DNA of 64,000 bases from contig CAWJSK010000002.1 of NCBI GenBank assembly GCA_963845535.1, forward strand, positions 1 through 64,000, read 5' to 3'. Position numbers and translations under genes: made by a program. The stretch is from an uncultured Spirochaetota bacterium (GTDB lineage: Bacteria > Spirochaetota > Spirochaetia > SZUA-6 > Fen-1364). Below the pieces are notes generated by a model, which did no database searches, had not been told where the DNA came from, and saw nothing but the letters and a program-made list of their open reading frames with translations. Shown here one piece after another: positions 54,831-64,000 of this stretch; the first letter of the stretch is position 1, and each line of letters starts with the position of its first letter.

Positions 54831-55793
54831 TCAATTCCCTCTCCTAATTTCCAAAACAATTTTGCCACGGACATGCTTCGTTTCGCTTTCGCGATGTGCT
54901 TCAGCGACTTCTTCCAGGGAATATACTCTGCTCACAATCACTCTGATTTTACCTTCATCAATCAGCCTCGCTGTTGCATTCAAGCAATCCTCACGTCCAG
55001 AACCTCCAACAAATGTCCCTTTAGCATTCTTTCTTTCAAGTGCTCTAAGAACGTCCGGACTGAACGGATAATCAAGCTGAGTACATACAAAGATCCCACC
55101 ATCCTTTAGTGCTTCAACAGACTTCTTTCTGGCACTTTCATCGCGAACAGGTGAGGCATTAAACACAAGGTCAATATTGTTCAGAAAGGCATCACCCCAT
55201 TTATTTCTGTAATCAATGACCTCGTCAGCACCAAGTTGCTTGAGAAAAGCATGATTATTTGCCGAAGCAGTTCCTATTACATACGCGCCTCTGGATTTTG
55301 CAAACTGCAAAGCCAAACTACCGACTCCTCCCGCTGCACCGTGGATAAGTACACGCTGCCCTTGTTGTACGTTTCCTGATTCAATAATTCCACTCCAAGC
55401 AACCAAGGCACATGAAGGAACGGCTCCGGCTTCATTGAAGGTGATGCTTTTGGGCTTCAGGGCAAATTGATTTGCCTTTGCAGCAAGATATTCGGTGTAG
55501 CTTCCGCCGAGGAAATTCGGGACACCATAAACTTCGTCACCGGCTTCAAACTTAGTCACATCCCTTCCAACTTCTTCAACAACGCCGGAAACGTCTAGTC
55601 CTAGTCCCATCGGAAGTTTCAAGTACGGCTTCAAGAAATCATTCCCGCCTTGACGAATGACGTAATCGGCAGGATTCACACTGGTCGCATATACTCTAAC
55701 CAAGATTTCGTCAGGAGCGGGAGTCGGTCTTTCAATTTCTACCAAGTTTAGGACCTCCGGACCGCCAAACTCGCTAATCCTTACAGCTCTCAT
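54831..55793 (-). CDS. NADP-dependent MDR oxidoreductase
   Basis: FGGPEVL, SVNPAD, IHGAAGGVG, RGKIVL; AT-richer than core. Confidence 0.92.
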   Translation of the reverse strand: MRAVRISEFGGPEVLNLVEIERPTPAPDEILVRVYATSVNPADYVIRQGGNDFLKPYLKLPMGLGLDVSGVVEEVGRDVTKFEAGDEVYGVPNFLGGSYTEYLAAKANQFALKPKSITFNEAGAVPSCALVAWSGIIESGNVQQGQRVLIHGAAGGVGSLALQFAKSRGAYVIGTASANNHAFLKQLGADEVIDYRNKWGDAFLNNIDLVFNASPVRDESARKKSVEALKDGGIFVCTQLDYPFSPDVLRALERKNAKGTFVGGSGREDCLNATARLIDEGKIRVIVSRVYSLEEVAEAHRESETKHVRGKIVLEIRRGN

Positions 55794-55929
55794 TGTGGAA
55801 TCTCCTTCGCCGTTTGTTCCATTGGGAACCTGATTCAAATGGGTGAAGCATCAATGACAACAAAACTAACGCAGTATCCTTGGACTATCAATGCTTGATT
55901 GTCGCTTTTTGATGCTATATCGTCCAAAT

Positions 55930-56841
55930 ATGGAACTTGACATGCTTTCTTCTGTCTTCATGCGCCTGCGGCTGAAGGCTTCGTTTCAGACTGCATTTGA
56001 CGCAGGCGGGCGCTGGTGCATAAGAGTTCCTCCCCACAAAGGGATAAAAATTCATACAGTTTTGAAAGGCCATTGTTGGCTATCCATTGCAAACGATCAG
56101 GCTCCCAAAGAGTTACGAGAGGGAGACAGCTACCTTTTGCCTCGAGGATGTGAGTTTGTTCTTTTCAGCCATCTCCCCGTTTCTGATAAAGCCCCTGAAG
56201 AACAAGTGGTCGAGCGGATCGCAGAAGGAATCACGTCCTACAATGGTGGTGGAGACTGCATTGTCAGCGGCCTATATTTCGACTTTGAGGGCTCCTTGTC
56301 AGAGATCATTTTTAGGACTTTGCCAGCGGTAGTTATTGTGCCTACAACGACAACCCAGTCTACAGGGCTCAAGGCTAATATCCAGCGCTTTGCGGCTGAG
56401 TTCCACGGGTCAGGAATAGGCCGATCGTTGATCATGTACCAGCTGGCGCCCGTGATACTCCTGGACATTATTCGGACTTACCTTTCCGACAATCAGGGAT
56501 GTACCTCCTGGTTTGGCGCGTTAACGGACAAAAGCCTATCGAACGTACTGAACCTAATGCACTTCAACTATGCACACCGTTGGACTCTTGAAGAGCTCGC
56601 TAAGACGGTGGGTGTGTCAAGATCGAAGTTGGCCAGTCGATTCAAACACCAGGTTGGAATCTCCCCAATGGAGTATCTGGGTACATGGAGGATGGAGGTC
56701 GCTCGGGATTTGCTTGCAGATGGGGAATGCAGCATCTCCAAAGTTGCCCAGATGGTTGGGTATGAGTCAGAGAGTGCCTTCAGTACTGCGTTCAAGAGAG
56801 TGCTAAATCATCGTCCAGGGCACTACGTCAGACGGAGTTGA
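55930..56841 (+). CDS. AraC family regulator with cupin sensor (RclR-like)
   Basis: WTLEELAKTVGVSRS, WRM, VGYESESAFSTAFKR. Confidence 0.92.
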   Translation: MELDMLSSVFMRLRLKASFQTAFDAGGRWCIRVPPHKGIKIHTVLKGHCWLSIANDQAPKELREGDSYLLPRGCEFVLFSHLPVSDKAPEEQVVERIAEGITSYNGGGDCIVSGLYFDFEGSLSEIIFRTLPAVVIVPTTTTQSTGLKANIQRFAAEFHGSGIGRSLIMYQLAPVILLDIIRTYLSDNQGCTSWFGALTDKSLSNVLNLMHFNYAHRWTLEELAKTVGVSRSKLASRFKHQVGISPMEYLGTWRMEVARDLLADGECSISKVAQMVGYESESAFSTAFKRVLNHRPGHYVRRS

Positions 56842-56882
56842 CCCTGGTACTATGGGAGCGTGCACGATTGTTTTCCATGGCC

Positions 56883-56999
56883 ACCTAACGCCGAGCTAAG
56901 CTGCCCCGCCGAATCAGCAACGCGAAGCGAACCCCGGCGAACAGCTCATCAACGAACCAGAAGCCCGCTCAAGGGGTCAGCTTCAGCGAGATGTTATCT
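56883..56999 (-). mobile_element. Integron attC-like recombination site (117 bp)
   Basis: Minus strand AGATAAC-N5-GCTGAAGC ... GCTTAGC-N5-GTTAGGT: canonical R''/L''/L'/R' spacing with one extra base in L''. Confidence 0.75.
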
Positions 57000-57117
57000 T
57001 GCCCGCTGCCTGCAAAGAAGGAGCCAGTCAGTTCCATCGTTTGGGGTCCCCAAGAAATGGCTTGGTGCTTCGTCATTGCGAATCCAGTTGTGCGGCATGC
57101 GCTGTAGGACCGTGCGA

Positions 57118-58348
57118 CTAGTTGCCCTTGGAGTTCGACAAGTCGACGAACGCACCGAATACCCATCCTTCGGACCGATCCCAGAATCGGAGGTGGTACC
57201 ATACTCCTGTGCGACCGGCTATGGTCTCGGATTGAGCTGTAGCGCTGATGACTCTAACCGGCATACCCTTGACCGTTTGTTTCAGCACACTTGCTCTTGT
57301 ATTCGGACCCTCTCTAACGTTCACGTGATCGTCGTTGACCACTGCTCCGCGATTCGCAAAGTCCAGCCGTAGCTCCTCGAACGGGCCCAGTCGGTAGATT
57401 GCGGTCTGCTCTTCGCGTTCATCTCCAGGCGAAGTCGCATACAGATATCCATCAGGCGCCGGCTGGAAAAAGGTAGCGTGATGATATGGATCAGAGAAGA
57501 ACACCCCTCGATCGACATGAAACGACTCCAATATCTTTCCCGAATCTGACAGTATCTGGTACTTCCATCCGTCGTTCTCGCCGAAATAGAGATAGTTTCC
57601 GTTGGCAAGAGCCAGAAGCGAGCTGGTTGGATCGAATTGATTCTCCGATCGGTCGAAATCCGGCAAAGATGCCAAGAACCTGTAGGTGGAGTCGGCAGGT
57701 CCGGATATGAGTTGTGTGCCGTCAAAGAACAGATCGTTCTGGACGCTGAAGCGCTTGTGTTCGGAAGAGATTAAACGCTTCCGTACAGCATCTTGCGGAA
57801 GGTACACAGGGAGTTCAGCCTTGCTAACAGGGGATATGTCAACACCAAAATACTTGCCAGCCATGTCCTGAAAGACAAGCACGCTGCCAATGTGAAGAAC
57901 ATACCGGTACTTGGTCATGAAACTCGATATCGGGAAGGGCTTGATGTCTATGACTATTGGGGAGCTGGATGCAGCGCGACGATCCACGAAGAACGTATTC
58001 TTGAAGCTATCGAATCCCCAGGAGATGCCTCCTCCAACAATATAAGCTGAGTCCATCCAGAAGGACGTAAGGTCGGGATCGAAGCTCACGATCTGCCGCT
58101 TGGTGTTGAAGCCGCTGTCTCAGGACCAAAATTCTTCCGTTTATTGTATCAGCAAGGTAAAAGTCAAGGCCATCCGAAAGAATTGAGCTTGCGCTTCCGA
58201 CGATTGAAGGTCCTTCGGGCCCAACGTTCAGACCCAACTGGTCCGGCCGTTTGCCCCGCGGGAAAGTCTTGACGAGGTCTGGAATGGATTCTTGCGCAGA
58301 AAGCACCAGCGGGGAAAGCAAGAAGAGTAGCAGCAGCATTTTTCGCAT
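57118..58348 (-). CDS. Secreted protein with C-terminal bacterial SH3 domain (frameshift near 58110)
   Basis: Signal peptide MRKMLLLLFLL..SA; VNVREGPNT..WYHL..EGWVFGAFV. Confidence 0.8.
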
Positions 58349-58510
58349 TGACTCACTCCGTATCAAAAGGAAATGGCATTCGCGGAAACCGCAAAAAGCC
58401 GCGGCTTCTGCCCGCTGACTGTGAACACCTCAAGGTTAGGCCAAGATAGCACCGAGTTAGGCGGTATCAGCCCAACCGCAGCCGGTCCGGGCAGACTTTC
58501 AGGACTTCGG

Positions 58511-58786
58511 CTATGTGGAAGGCTTGGTTGTCCTTGCTCGTTTCCAGAATTCCTCGTGTGTTTCCGCCCGGCCCGCACTAATGCTCCGCCTGGACTTGTT
58601 CAGTAGAGAACGAAACCTTGGTGATCGCGACAAGAGGATGGCCTCAAGGTCGTTATTGTCCGTAGGCGCGACGATGACGGCCACAGCCCGACCCTTGCGG
58701 GTAACCACCACGGGGCCAGAAGCTTCTGCTTCCCGCAAATAGGCACTGAACTTGGCTTTTATCTCGGCCAGCGATGCTACTATCAT
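58511..58786 (-). CDS. Phd/YefM family antitoxin
   Basis: SLAEIKAKFSAYL..GPVVVTRKGRAVAVIV; ATGA overlap with the toxin stop. Confidence 0.9.
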   Translation of the reverse strand: MIVASLAEIKAKFSAYLREAEASGPVVVTRKGRAVAVIVAPTDNNDLEAILLSRSPRFRSLLNKSRRSISAGRAETHEEFWKRARTTKPST

Positions 58787-58982
58787 GGTAAAAACTCCTT
58801 CCCGGCGAAATACAGCCGTTCGCGTTCCTTTACTCCTATGGCCAGTATCCATACTTCCCGACGATCCCAGACAATCTCGTAGAAGACGCGAAATCGGTTA
58901 CCCGGCCCACAATGCAACTCCCAGGTCGCCCCAAACGGCCCAGGGGTCTCTTCAAGGGGCTTCCTATTGCGCGCTTTCTGGT
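58783..58982 (-). pseudogene. RelE/ParE toxin, 3' half (cut by IS21)
   Basis: RNRKPL..TWELHCG..RFRVFYE..VWILAIGVK. Confidence 0.88.
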
Positions 58983-59165
58983 TGCATAATCCGGCCGAAA
59001 AGAGCCGGCGTTCCGGTTTAAAAGAGCCAGCGTTCCGGAAATAAAAAGCCACTGTTCCGGGAAAAAAGAGCCACTTTCCGGCCCTTGCCCGGAAATCCCA
59101 CTCTCCAATCTCTCCAGTCGCTTCTTGCTATGCTTCTCCCACAACAGTTGCGGGAGGGAGAAGAA

Positions 59166-60728
59166 ATGGGACGGAGGAGAACGGGAGTGAAGAAGATTCG
59201 AGACATCATCCGCTACAGCCACACAACCGACTTGAGCGAAAGGCAGATTGCTCGGGCCCTAGGAATCTCACGAACCGTGGTGGCCAGGACCCTGTGTGCC
59301 TTTCGGGCCAGTGGTCTTGACTACGGTGCGGTAGACCAGATGCCCGATAGTGAGCTTGAGAAAAGTCTGGAGACCGAGAAGGCGCCCCAGGACGGTTCAC
59401 GCTATGCGGAACTGGTTGCGCTGTTTCCCGAGATGGCCGTGGAGCTGAAGAAGAAGGGGACAACCCTTGAATGGTTGTGGCAGAAGTATATCGGCGAACA
59501 CCCCCAAGGCTACCAGTACAGCCAATTCTGGTTGCACTTCCGTCAGTGGCGCAAGAGCGAAGAGGTCTCCATGCACATCGAGTACAAGGCGGGAGAGGCG
59601 GTGCTGGTGGACTGGGCAGGAGACAAGCTGGAGGTGATCAACGGGAACACGGGACAGCCTTGGCTACTGGAACAGTTTGTCGCGATCCTGGGAGCCAGCG
59701 AACTGACCTATGTGGAGGCGCGGGAAAGCCAGAAGGAGGAGGACTGGATTCGGGCCAACGAGGGAGCTCTTCGCTATTTCGGCGGGAGTCCCAGCGCCCT
59801 CATTCCCGACAACACCCGGACCGCGGTGGTTCGGCCCGACCCCTATGAGCCGGGACTGAACCCCGTCTTTGACGATTTTGCCTGCCATTACGGTGTGGTG
59901 GTGATGCCCACACGAGTACGTCGCCCTCGAGACAAGGCGTTGGTGGAGAACGCCGTGCGGCTGGTTTATCAGAGGATCAGTTGCCGCCTTCGGGGCAAGG
60001 TCTTCTTCAGCCTCGCGCAGGTCAACGCGGCTATTCGCGAGCTCCTGGAAGAGCACAATCACCGTCGCTTCAGCCGGCTGCCCTACAGCAGGCGCGAGTT
60101 GTTCGAGCGCGTGGAGAAGAGTGCCTTGCGCCCTTTGCCCGCGGAGCCCTTCGTGATGAAAGAGACCACCGAGGCAACCGTCGGGATCAACTACCACGTG
60201 GAGCTGCGTGAGGATCGCCACTATTACAGCGTCCCCTACGCTCTTCGCCGTCGTGACCCGCCGACTCGAGTGAAGCTCGTCTACGACGATCGGGTGGTAG
60301 CCATCTACTATGACAACGTCCGGGTGGTGCAGCATCGGCGCGACAGAACACCTAACGGCTATACGACGTTGGGTGAGCACATGCCCCCGTCGCACCGGTG
60401 GTACGCGGAGTGGAGTCCCGAAAAGTTCCTGGGTTGGGCGCGCTCGGTGGGGCCCGAGACCGAGGCGATCATCACCAAGGTCTTGGAGTCTGCCGTCTAT
60501 GCGCCCCAGGCGTTTCGCAGCTGCCTGGGTATCCTGAACCTGGCACGACAGCACGGCGCGGAACGTCTGAACAAGGCCTGTGGCAAAGCGCTGCGGGTGG
60601 GAACACAGTCGGGCAAACGAATCAAAAACATCCTGGATCTGGGACTGGAGCAAGAGCGCCAGCCCCAGCTGGATTTGCCACCGTTGCCGCACCATGAGAA
60701 CGTGCGCGGCAGCCAGTACTACAACTGA
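59166..60728 (+). CDS. istA: IS21 transposase
   Basis: N-terminal HTH; VDWAG, IPDN and PRDKALVE DDE motifs; HENVRG..YY. Confidence 0.95.
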   Translation: MGRRRTGVKKIRDIIRYSHTTDLSERQIARALGISRTVVARTLCAFRASGLDYGAVDQMPDSELEKSLETEKAPQDGSRYAELVALFPEMAVELKKKGTTLEWLWQKYIGEHPQGYQYSQFWLHFRQWRKSEEVSMHIEYKAGEAVLVDWAGDKLEVINGNTGQPWLLEQFVAILGASELTYVEARESQKEEDWIRANEGALRYFGGSPSALIPDNTRTAVVRPDPYEPGLNPVFDDFACHYGVVVMPTRVRRPRDKALVENAVRLVYQRISCRLRGKVFFSLAQVNAAIRELLEEHNHRRFSRLPYSRRELFERVEKSALRPLPAEPFVMKETTEATVGINYHVELREDRHYYSVPYALRRRDPPTRVKLVYDDRVVAIYYDNVRVVQHRRDRTPNGYTTLGEHMPPSHRWYAEWSPEKFLGWARSVGPETEAIITKVLESAVYAPQAFRSCLGILNLARQHGAERLNKACGKALRVGTQSGKRIKNILDLGLEQERQPQLDLPPLPHHENVRGSQYYN

Positions 60729-60736
60729 AGGAGTCC

Positions 60737-61504
60737 ATGATGAACAGCAACCAGGCAACGCTACAGAAACTTGAGATGATGGGACTGTGGGGCATGATGC
60801 GAGCCTTGCGGGAATCCATGGAAGCCGGATCAAAGGCGGATTTCACCTCCGACGAGTTGATCTCCCACTTGGTGGACGTCGAGTGGGACCAGCGGCAGGG
60901 CCGCAAGCTGTCACGGCTTCTCAAGGGTGCTCGCTTTCGCTATCGAGCGGGGCTGGAGGACATCGACTTCGGCTTGCACAGGAACCTGGAGAAGAACCAG
61001 CTCATGCGCCTTGCCGACTGTCACTGGATCGAAGAGCACCAGGACCTCATCCTCACAGGCCCTTGTGGATGCGGGAAGAGCTTCATCGCCTCCGTGTTGG
61101 GTCAGCAGGCATGCATCCACGGCCACAGCGTTTGCTACTGGCCCGCGGGAAAGCTCTTTGAGCAGATGAAGCTATGTAAGGCCGACGGCAGCTACCTTCG
61201 GGAGATGGCCAAGCTCACCAAGAAGCGGCTCTTCATCGTTGACGATTTTGGGCTGGAAGTTCTCGATGCGGCCAGCCGACTCATTCTGCTTGAGATCCTG
61301 GAAGACCGCCACGGCCGTTGCTCATCGCTGTTCAGCTCCCAGCTTCCGGTCTCCCAGTGGCATGTAGCTATCGGAGACCCCACCATTGCGGACGCCATCT
61401 GCGACCGTATCGTGCATACCGCTCACCGCATTGAGCTCAAAGGCGAGTCGGTTCGCAAACTCTACGCTCATCGTGGCGGGGAAGCCAACAAGGAGAAGGA
61501 ATGA
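60737..61504 (+). CDS. istB: IS21 helper AAA+ ATPase
   Basis: GPCGCGKS, IVDDFG, ADAICDR, GESVR. Confidence 0.95.
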   Translation: MMNSNQATLQKLEMMGLWGMMRALRESMEAGSKADFTSDELISHLVDVEWDQRQGRKLSRLLKGARFRYRAGLEDIDFGLHRNLEKNQLMRLADCHWIEEHQDLILTGPCGCGKSFIASVLGQQACIHGHSVCYWPAGKLFEQMKLCKADGSYLREMAKLTKKRLFIVDDFGLEVLDAASRLILLEILEDRHGRCSSLFSSQLPVSQWHVAIGDPTIADAICDRIVHTAHRIELKGESVRKLYAHRGGEANKEKE

Positions 61505-61776
61505 GCGCTTTAGGCGACTACGTCCACTGGCAACGAAAACCGACCTCCGTGGAAGGGCCGCCGCTGCATTTTCTCAGAGCACCCCGCATCTGGGCACGCC
61601 CCCCGATACGATCTCAGCGACGAACAGGTCATCGTCGAGGGACGTGGGGACAAGGAGGTGAAGGAAACTGTTGACTGAAAAGAGCCACTGCAGCATTGTC
61701 TGAGAGAGCGCATTGGCTGAGTGGGAAAGTGGCTTTCTATTTCCGGATCTGCTGGCACTTTTCGCCGGACTATGCA

Positions 61777-61909
61777 TCTGGTCGGGAGTGAACGATAGCT
61801 GCACTTTGATAGCTTCCTCCAGCAGACGTAGGTACCTCCGTTCCACCGCCCTTACATGAGTATGAACTTCAGGAGCGTAAAGGAGGGAATAAGGAGCTCG
61901 CTTCGCCAC
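61777..61909 (-). pseudogene. RelE/ParE toxin, 5' half
   Basis: MAKRAPYSLLYAPEV..QLSFTPDQ joins in frame to the 3' half when the IS and one duplicate are removed (108 aa). Confidence 0.88.
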
Positions 61910-61910
61910 G

Positions 61911-61946
61911 GACTATAATTATAGTCAGATGGATCTGACACGTCAA
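61911..61946 (-). promoter_or_regulatory. Toxin-antitoxin promoter with overlapping palindromic operators
   Basis: TTGACG-N17-TATAAT, 8 nt before the GTG; palindromes GACTATAATTATAGTC and GTCAGAT-GG-ATCTGAC. Confidence 0.8.
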
Positions 61947-62333
61947 TCTTTGGAGGAGATTTTCCGGCAATGATAGGCAGCGATTCTTAACAAGGTCGGG
62001 CGTCTGGGGACTGAGAAGGTGTTAAAATGAAGTGGAAATCACAGATGGGGAAAGGCGCCCGAAAGCTAAACCTATGGGGTCAGCGCGGCGTATCAGCTGT
62101 ATCAGCACGCTGCCTTGCTGCATGCCAAGCTCCAGGATGTGGCTCGATGCCTGACGGATGGCACCCAGACTGTATCCAGGTGGCAGGATAGCTTCTGCCT
62201 TCAGTTCCCTACGCATGCGCTCGTGACTGCGTTGTGCTTTGGGTGGCCGGGGTCTGAGTATACCGAGCATCCCTATCAGCGCCGCCGTATCAGCCCAGCC
62301 GTGCCGGCTTGTTCACACTCACTCAAGGCGTCT

Positions 62334-62353
62334 GCTGCGACGACTTGTTAGAT
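62334..62353 (-). mobile_element. Half attC-like site (R''-L'' only)
   Basis: Minus strand ATCTAAC-AAGTC-GTCGCAGC, about 44 bp past the HerA stop; no matching L'/R' found. Confidence 0.45.
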
Positions 62354-62396
62354 GGCAGCCGTCGGAGATTGAGGATCAGCTGCGGGGCCAGGTGTC

Positions 62397-64000
62397 CTAT
62401 CTTGCAGGTGGTGGGGTTGTCCTTATCTTGATCTCCAAGACCCGATCCCAATCTTCCTCTGCGGCACAATAATAGTCCTTTCCACCGTGCGAGCAAATAG
62501 TCAACTTGTCGTGACCAAGGAGAAGTTGAAGGAGCGGCTCCATCAGTTGATTCTCAGTCTCAAAATCGTTTACGCCCTTTGCTTCCTTTATTAGGTAGTA
62601 GAGTTGTCCCCTAAATACTCCGATGCCCTTAGAGGGAATCGCCACGTACTTGACGTTGTAACCCTTTAGTGCCTGCTTTAGCCTCTCAGCGATCGCCGTG
62701 TGTCGGTCGGAAACGCTGACTTCAATCCGCTGTGCAGGTGTATCCGTTACGGCTTCAGCGTCGTCCTCGAGCCTTATTCCGGTACCATACAATTGTTCAA
62801 AGTTGCGCACTCGAACTGGCAAGACAAATGGTTGGTGAGGAGCACTCCACATGAAGCAATTGCCCGGAATTGGCTCGGCGATCAGGTGGGACAGTATGTC
62901 ATTGGAGAAGTGCGAATTGTACTTCCCCAATACTACGGCATCCCCCTCCGAGAGCAGATGGAAGGCGAACCAATTGTCTGCTTGGCTTAGAAGTTCTGGA
63001 GCGAGTGAACCGGGCTGCTGGGTAACTAGCATCGCGCCAAGTTCGTACTTGCGACCTTCCTTGACCCATTCGACAAATGGACTCGATTCCTCCAGATTCC
63101 TCCCAAGGACACTTTGAGCCTCTTCAATGATGGCCACCACAGGAATGGGCGCTTGACCACCTGTAAAGTTCTCCTGGTTATGGGAGAATATTCTACGCAG
63201 AATTAGTCCGGCGACCGTGTTGCCTGCAGAGGAACTCAGGAGGCTAGTGTCAATTACCACCACGCTCCCATCAGCGAGCCCCTGTAACGTGCCAGAAAGC
63301 AGCCTGCTGGCCGGATCGTGGAGCATTCTGACGATATTGTTCATGTTACTTCTGGCCGCCCCGATCTCGGCTGCGCTATTCTGTATTTGCGCGCCCGCTG
63401 CGTACCCAAGGAGAACTCCAATTGCAGCGTCGGAAGCCTGTAGGTGTTGGTCTTGAATTAGGTCCACCAATTGGCGCCAGTTCACATCTGACAGACTCTT
63501 CAGCTTGAGCACGTTCTGCTGTTCCTGTCTGTCGGGGGAGAGAGCGATCCCAACAACGTCACGGGGCGGAAGCTCTCTGATGTCGAGCCGGACTTCCCCA
63601 ACCTTCCAGCTTCCGTAATAGGCGTTCGGTGGCTGCCTATTAGTGAATGCCATGATATGGTCCCTCAAATGAGCAACATCGCACAGTCCGGGGCGGTGTT
63701 TTATCCTATCAGGCCAGAAGTACTCACCGTCAGCATCAAATATCAATGTTCCCACGTTCTGGCCGCCTGCGGTCTTGGGTTGCCCACTGCGGTACAATTC
63801 GGAGACGAGATATTTTATTAGGTTTGACTTGCCATAGCCTGCCCTCGCAAACACGACCGATCGTCGCGAAACTAAGTTCTGGATGTCGAATTTCACCGAG
63901 AGTGAAGGATCAAGATGCCTGAAGACTGGACTGTTGTCCTGTACACTGGAACCCGAGTAGACAAACTCACCTAGCACGTAGTCACCGAGATCGGTTTGTC
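62397..64000 (-). CDS. HerA/FtsK-like (DUF87) ATPase, 5' end outside window
   Basis: Walker A ARAGYGKS, IFDADGEY, Walker B IIEEAQ, KEGRKY, VTQQP. Confidence 0.88.
   Translation of the reverse strand, partial: QTDLGDYVLGEFVYSGSSVQDNSPVFRHLDPSLSVKFDIQNLVSRRSVVFARAGYGKSNLIKYLVSELYRSGQPKTAGGQNVGTLIFDADGEYFWPDRIKHRPGLCDVAHLRDHIMAFTNRQPPNAYYGSWKVGEVRLDIRELPPRDVVGIALSPDRQEQQNVLKLKSLSDVNWRQLVDLIQDQHLQASDAAIGVLLGYAAGAQIQNSAAEIGAARSNMNNIVRMLHDPASRLLSGTLQGLADGSVVVIDTSLLSSSAGNTVAGLILRRIFSHNQENFTGGQAPIPVVAIIEEAQSVLGRNLEESSPFVEWVKEGRKYELGAMLVTQQPGSLAPELLSQADNWFAFHLLSEGDAVVLGKYNSHFSNDILSHLIAEPIPGNCFMWSAPHQPFVLPVRVRNFEQLYGTGIRLEDDAEAVTDTPAQRIEVSVSDRHTAIAERLKQALKGYNVKYVAIPSKGIGVFRGQLYYLIKEAKGVNDFETENQLMEPLLQLLLGHDKLTICSHGGKDYYCAAEEDWDRVLEIKIRTTPPPAR

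Larger units (their letters stand above)
58983..61776 (+). mobile_element. Complete IS21-family element (2794 bp)
   Basis: IRL TGCATAATCCGGCCGAAAAG and IRR TGCATAGTCCGGCGAAAAG; multiple internal AAAGAGCC..TTCCGG repeats; flanking TCTGGT duplication at 58977-58982 and 61777-61782. Confidence 0.95.

Noticed and set aside
58990..59083. CRISPR-like or iteron array of about 21 bp repeats
   Set aside because: No unique spacers; these are the multiple terminal repeats typical of IS21.

Overview
A 64 kb GC-rich bacterial chromosomal window from a diderm (it encodes TolC); a free-living spirochaete-like host is only a weak guess. It has three parts. (1) The left end (1-8.9 kb) is accessory and rearranged: a tyrosine recombinase between paralogous RND permease genes, then a patchwork of gene fragments and an IS1634 remnant. 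(2) The core (9-48 kb) holds an SPFH operon, TetR/DUF1772/Rph-like PEP-utilising enzyme, a two-component locus enclosing a NadD-like protein and two small winged-helix proteins, ribA-cytochrome b5-cydAB, a UbiB kinase, TolC-MFP-RND, HisJ, hrpB, trxA, SDR/MFS/MmyB and gltBD. (3) The right end (48.4-64 kb) is accessory: an HD-GYP/hybrid kinase module bounded by a degenerate direct repeat, lower-GC oxidoreductase and AraC genes, one complete attC-like site and one half site in the same orientation, a RelE-Phd toxin-antitoxin pair whose toxin is split by an intact IS21 (6 bp duplication TCTGGT), and the 3' part of a HerA-like ATPase. Many genes, including gltB, carry small frameshifts that look like uncorrected long-read errors, so split genes are joined below and not called pseudogenes. 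No rRNA, tRNA or CRISPR array was seen. All family calls come from motif recognition by eye; no database search was run.
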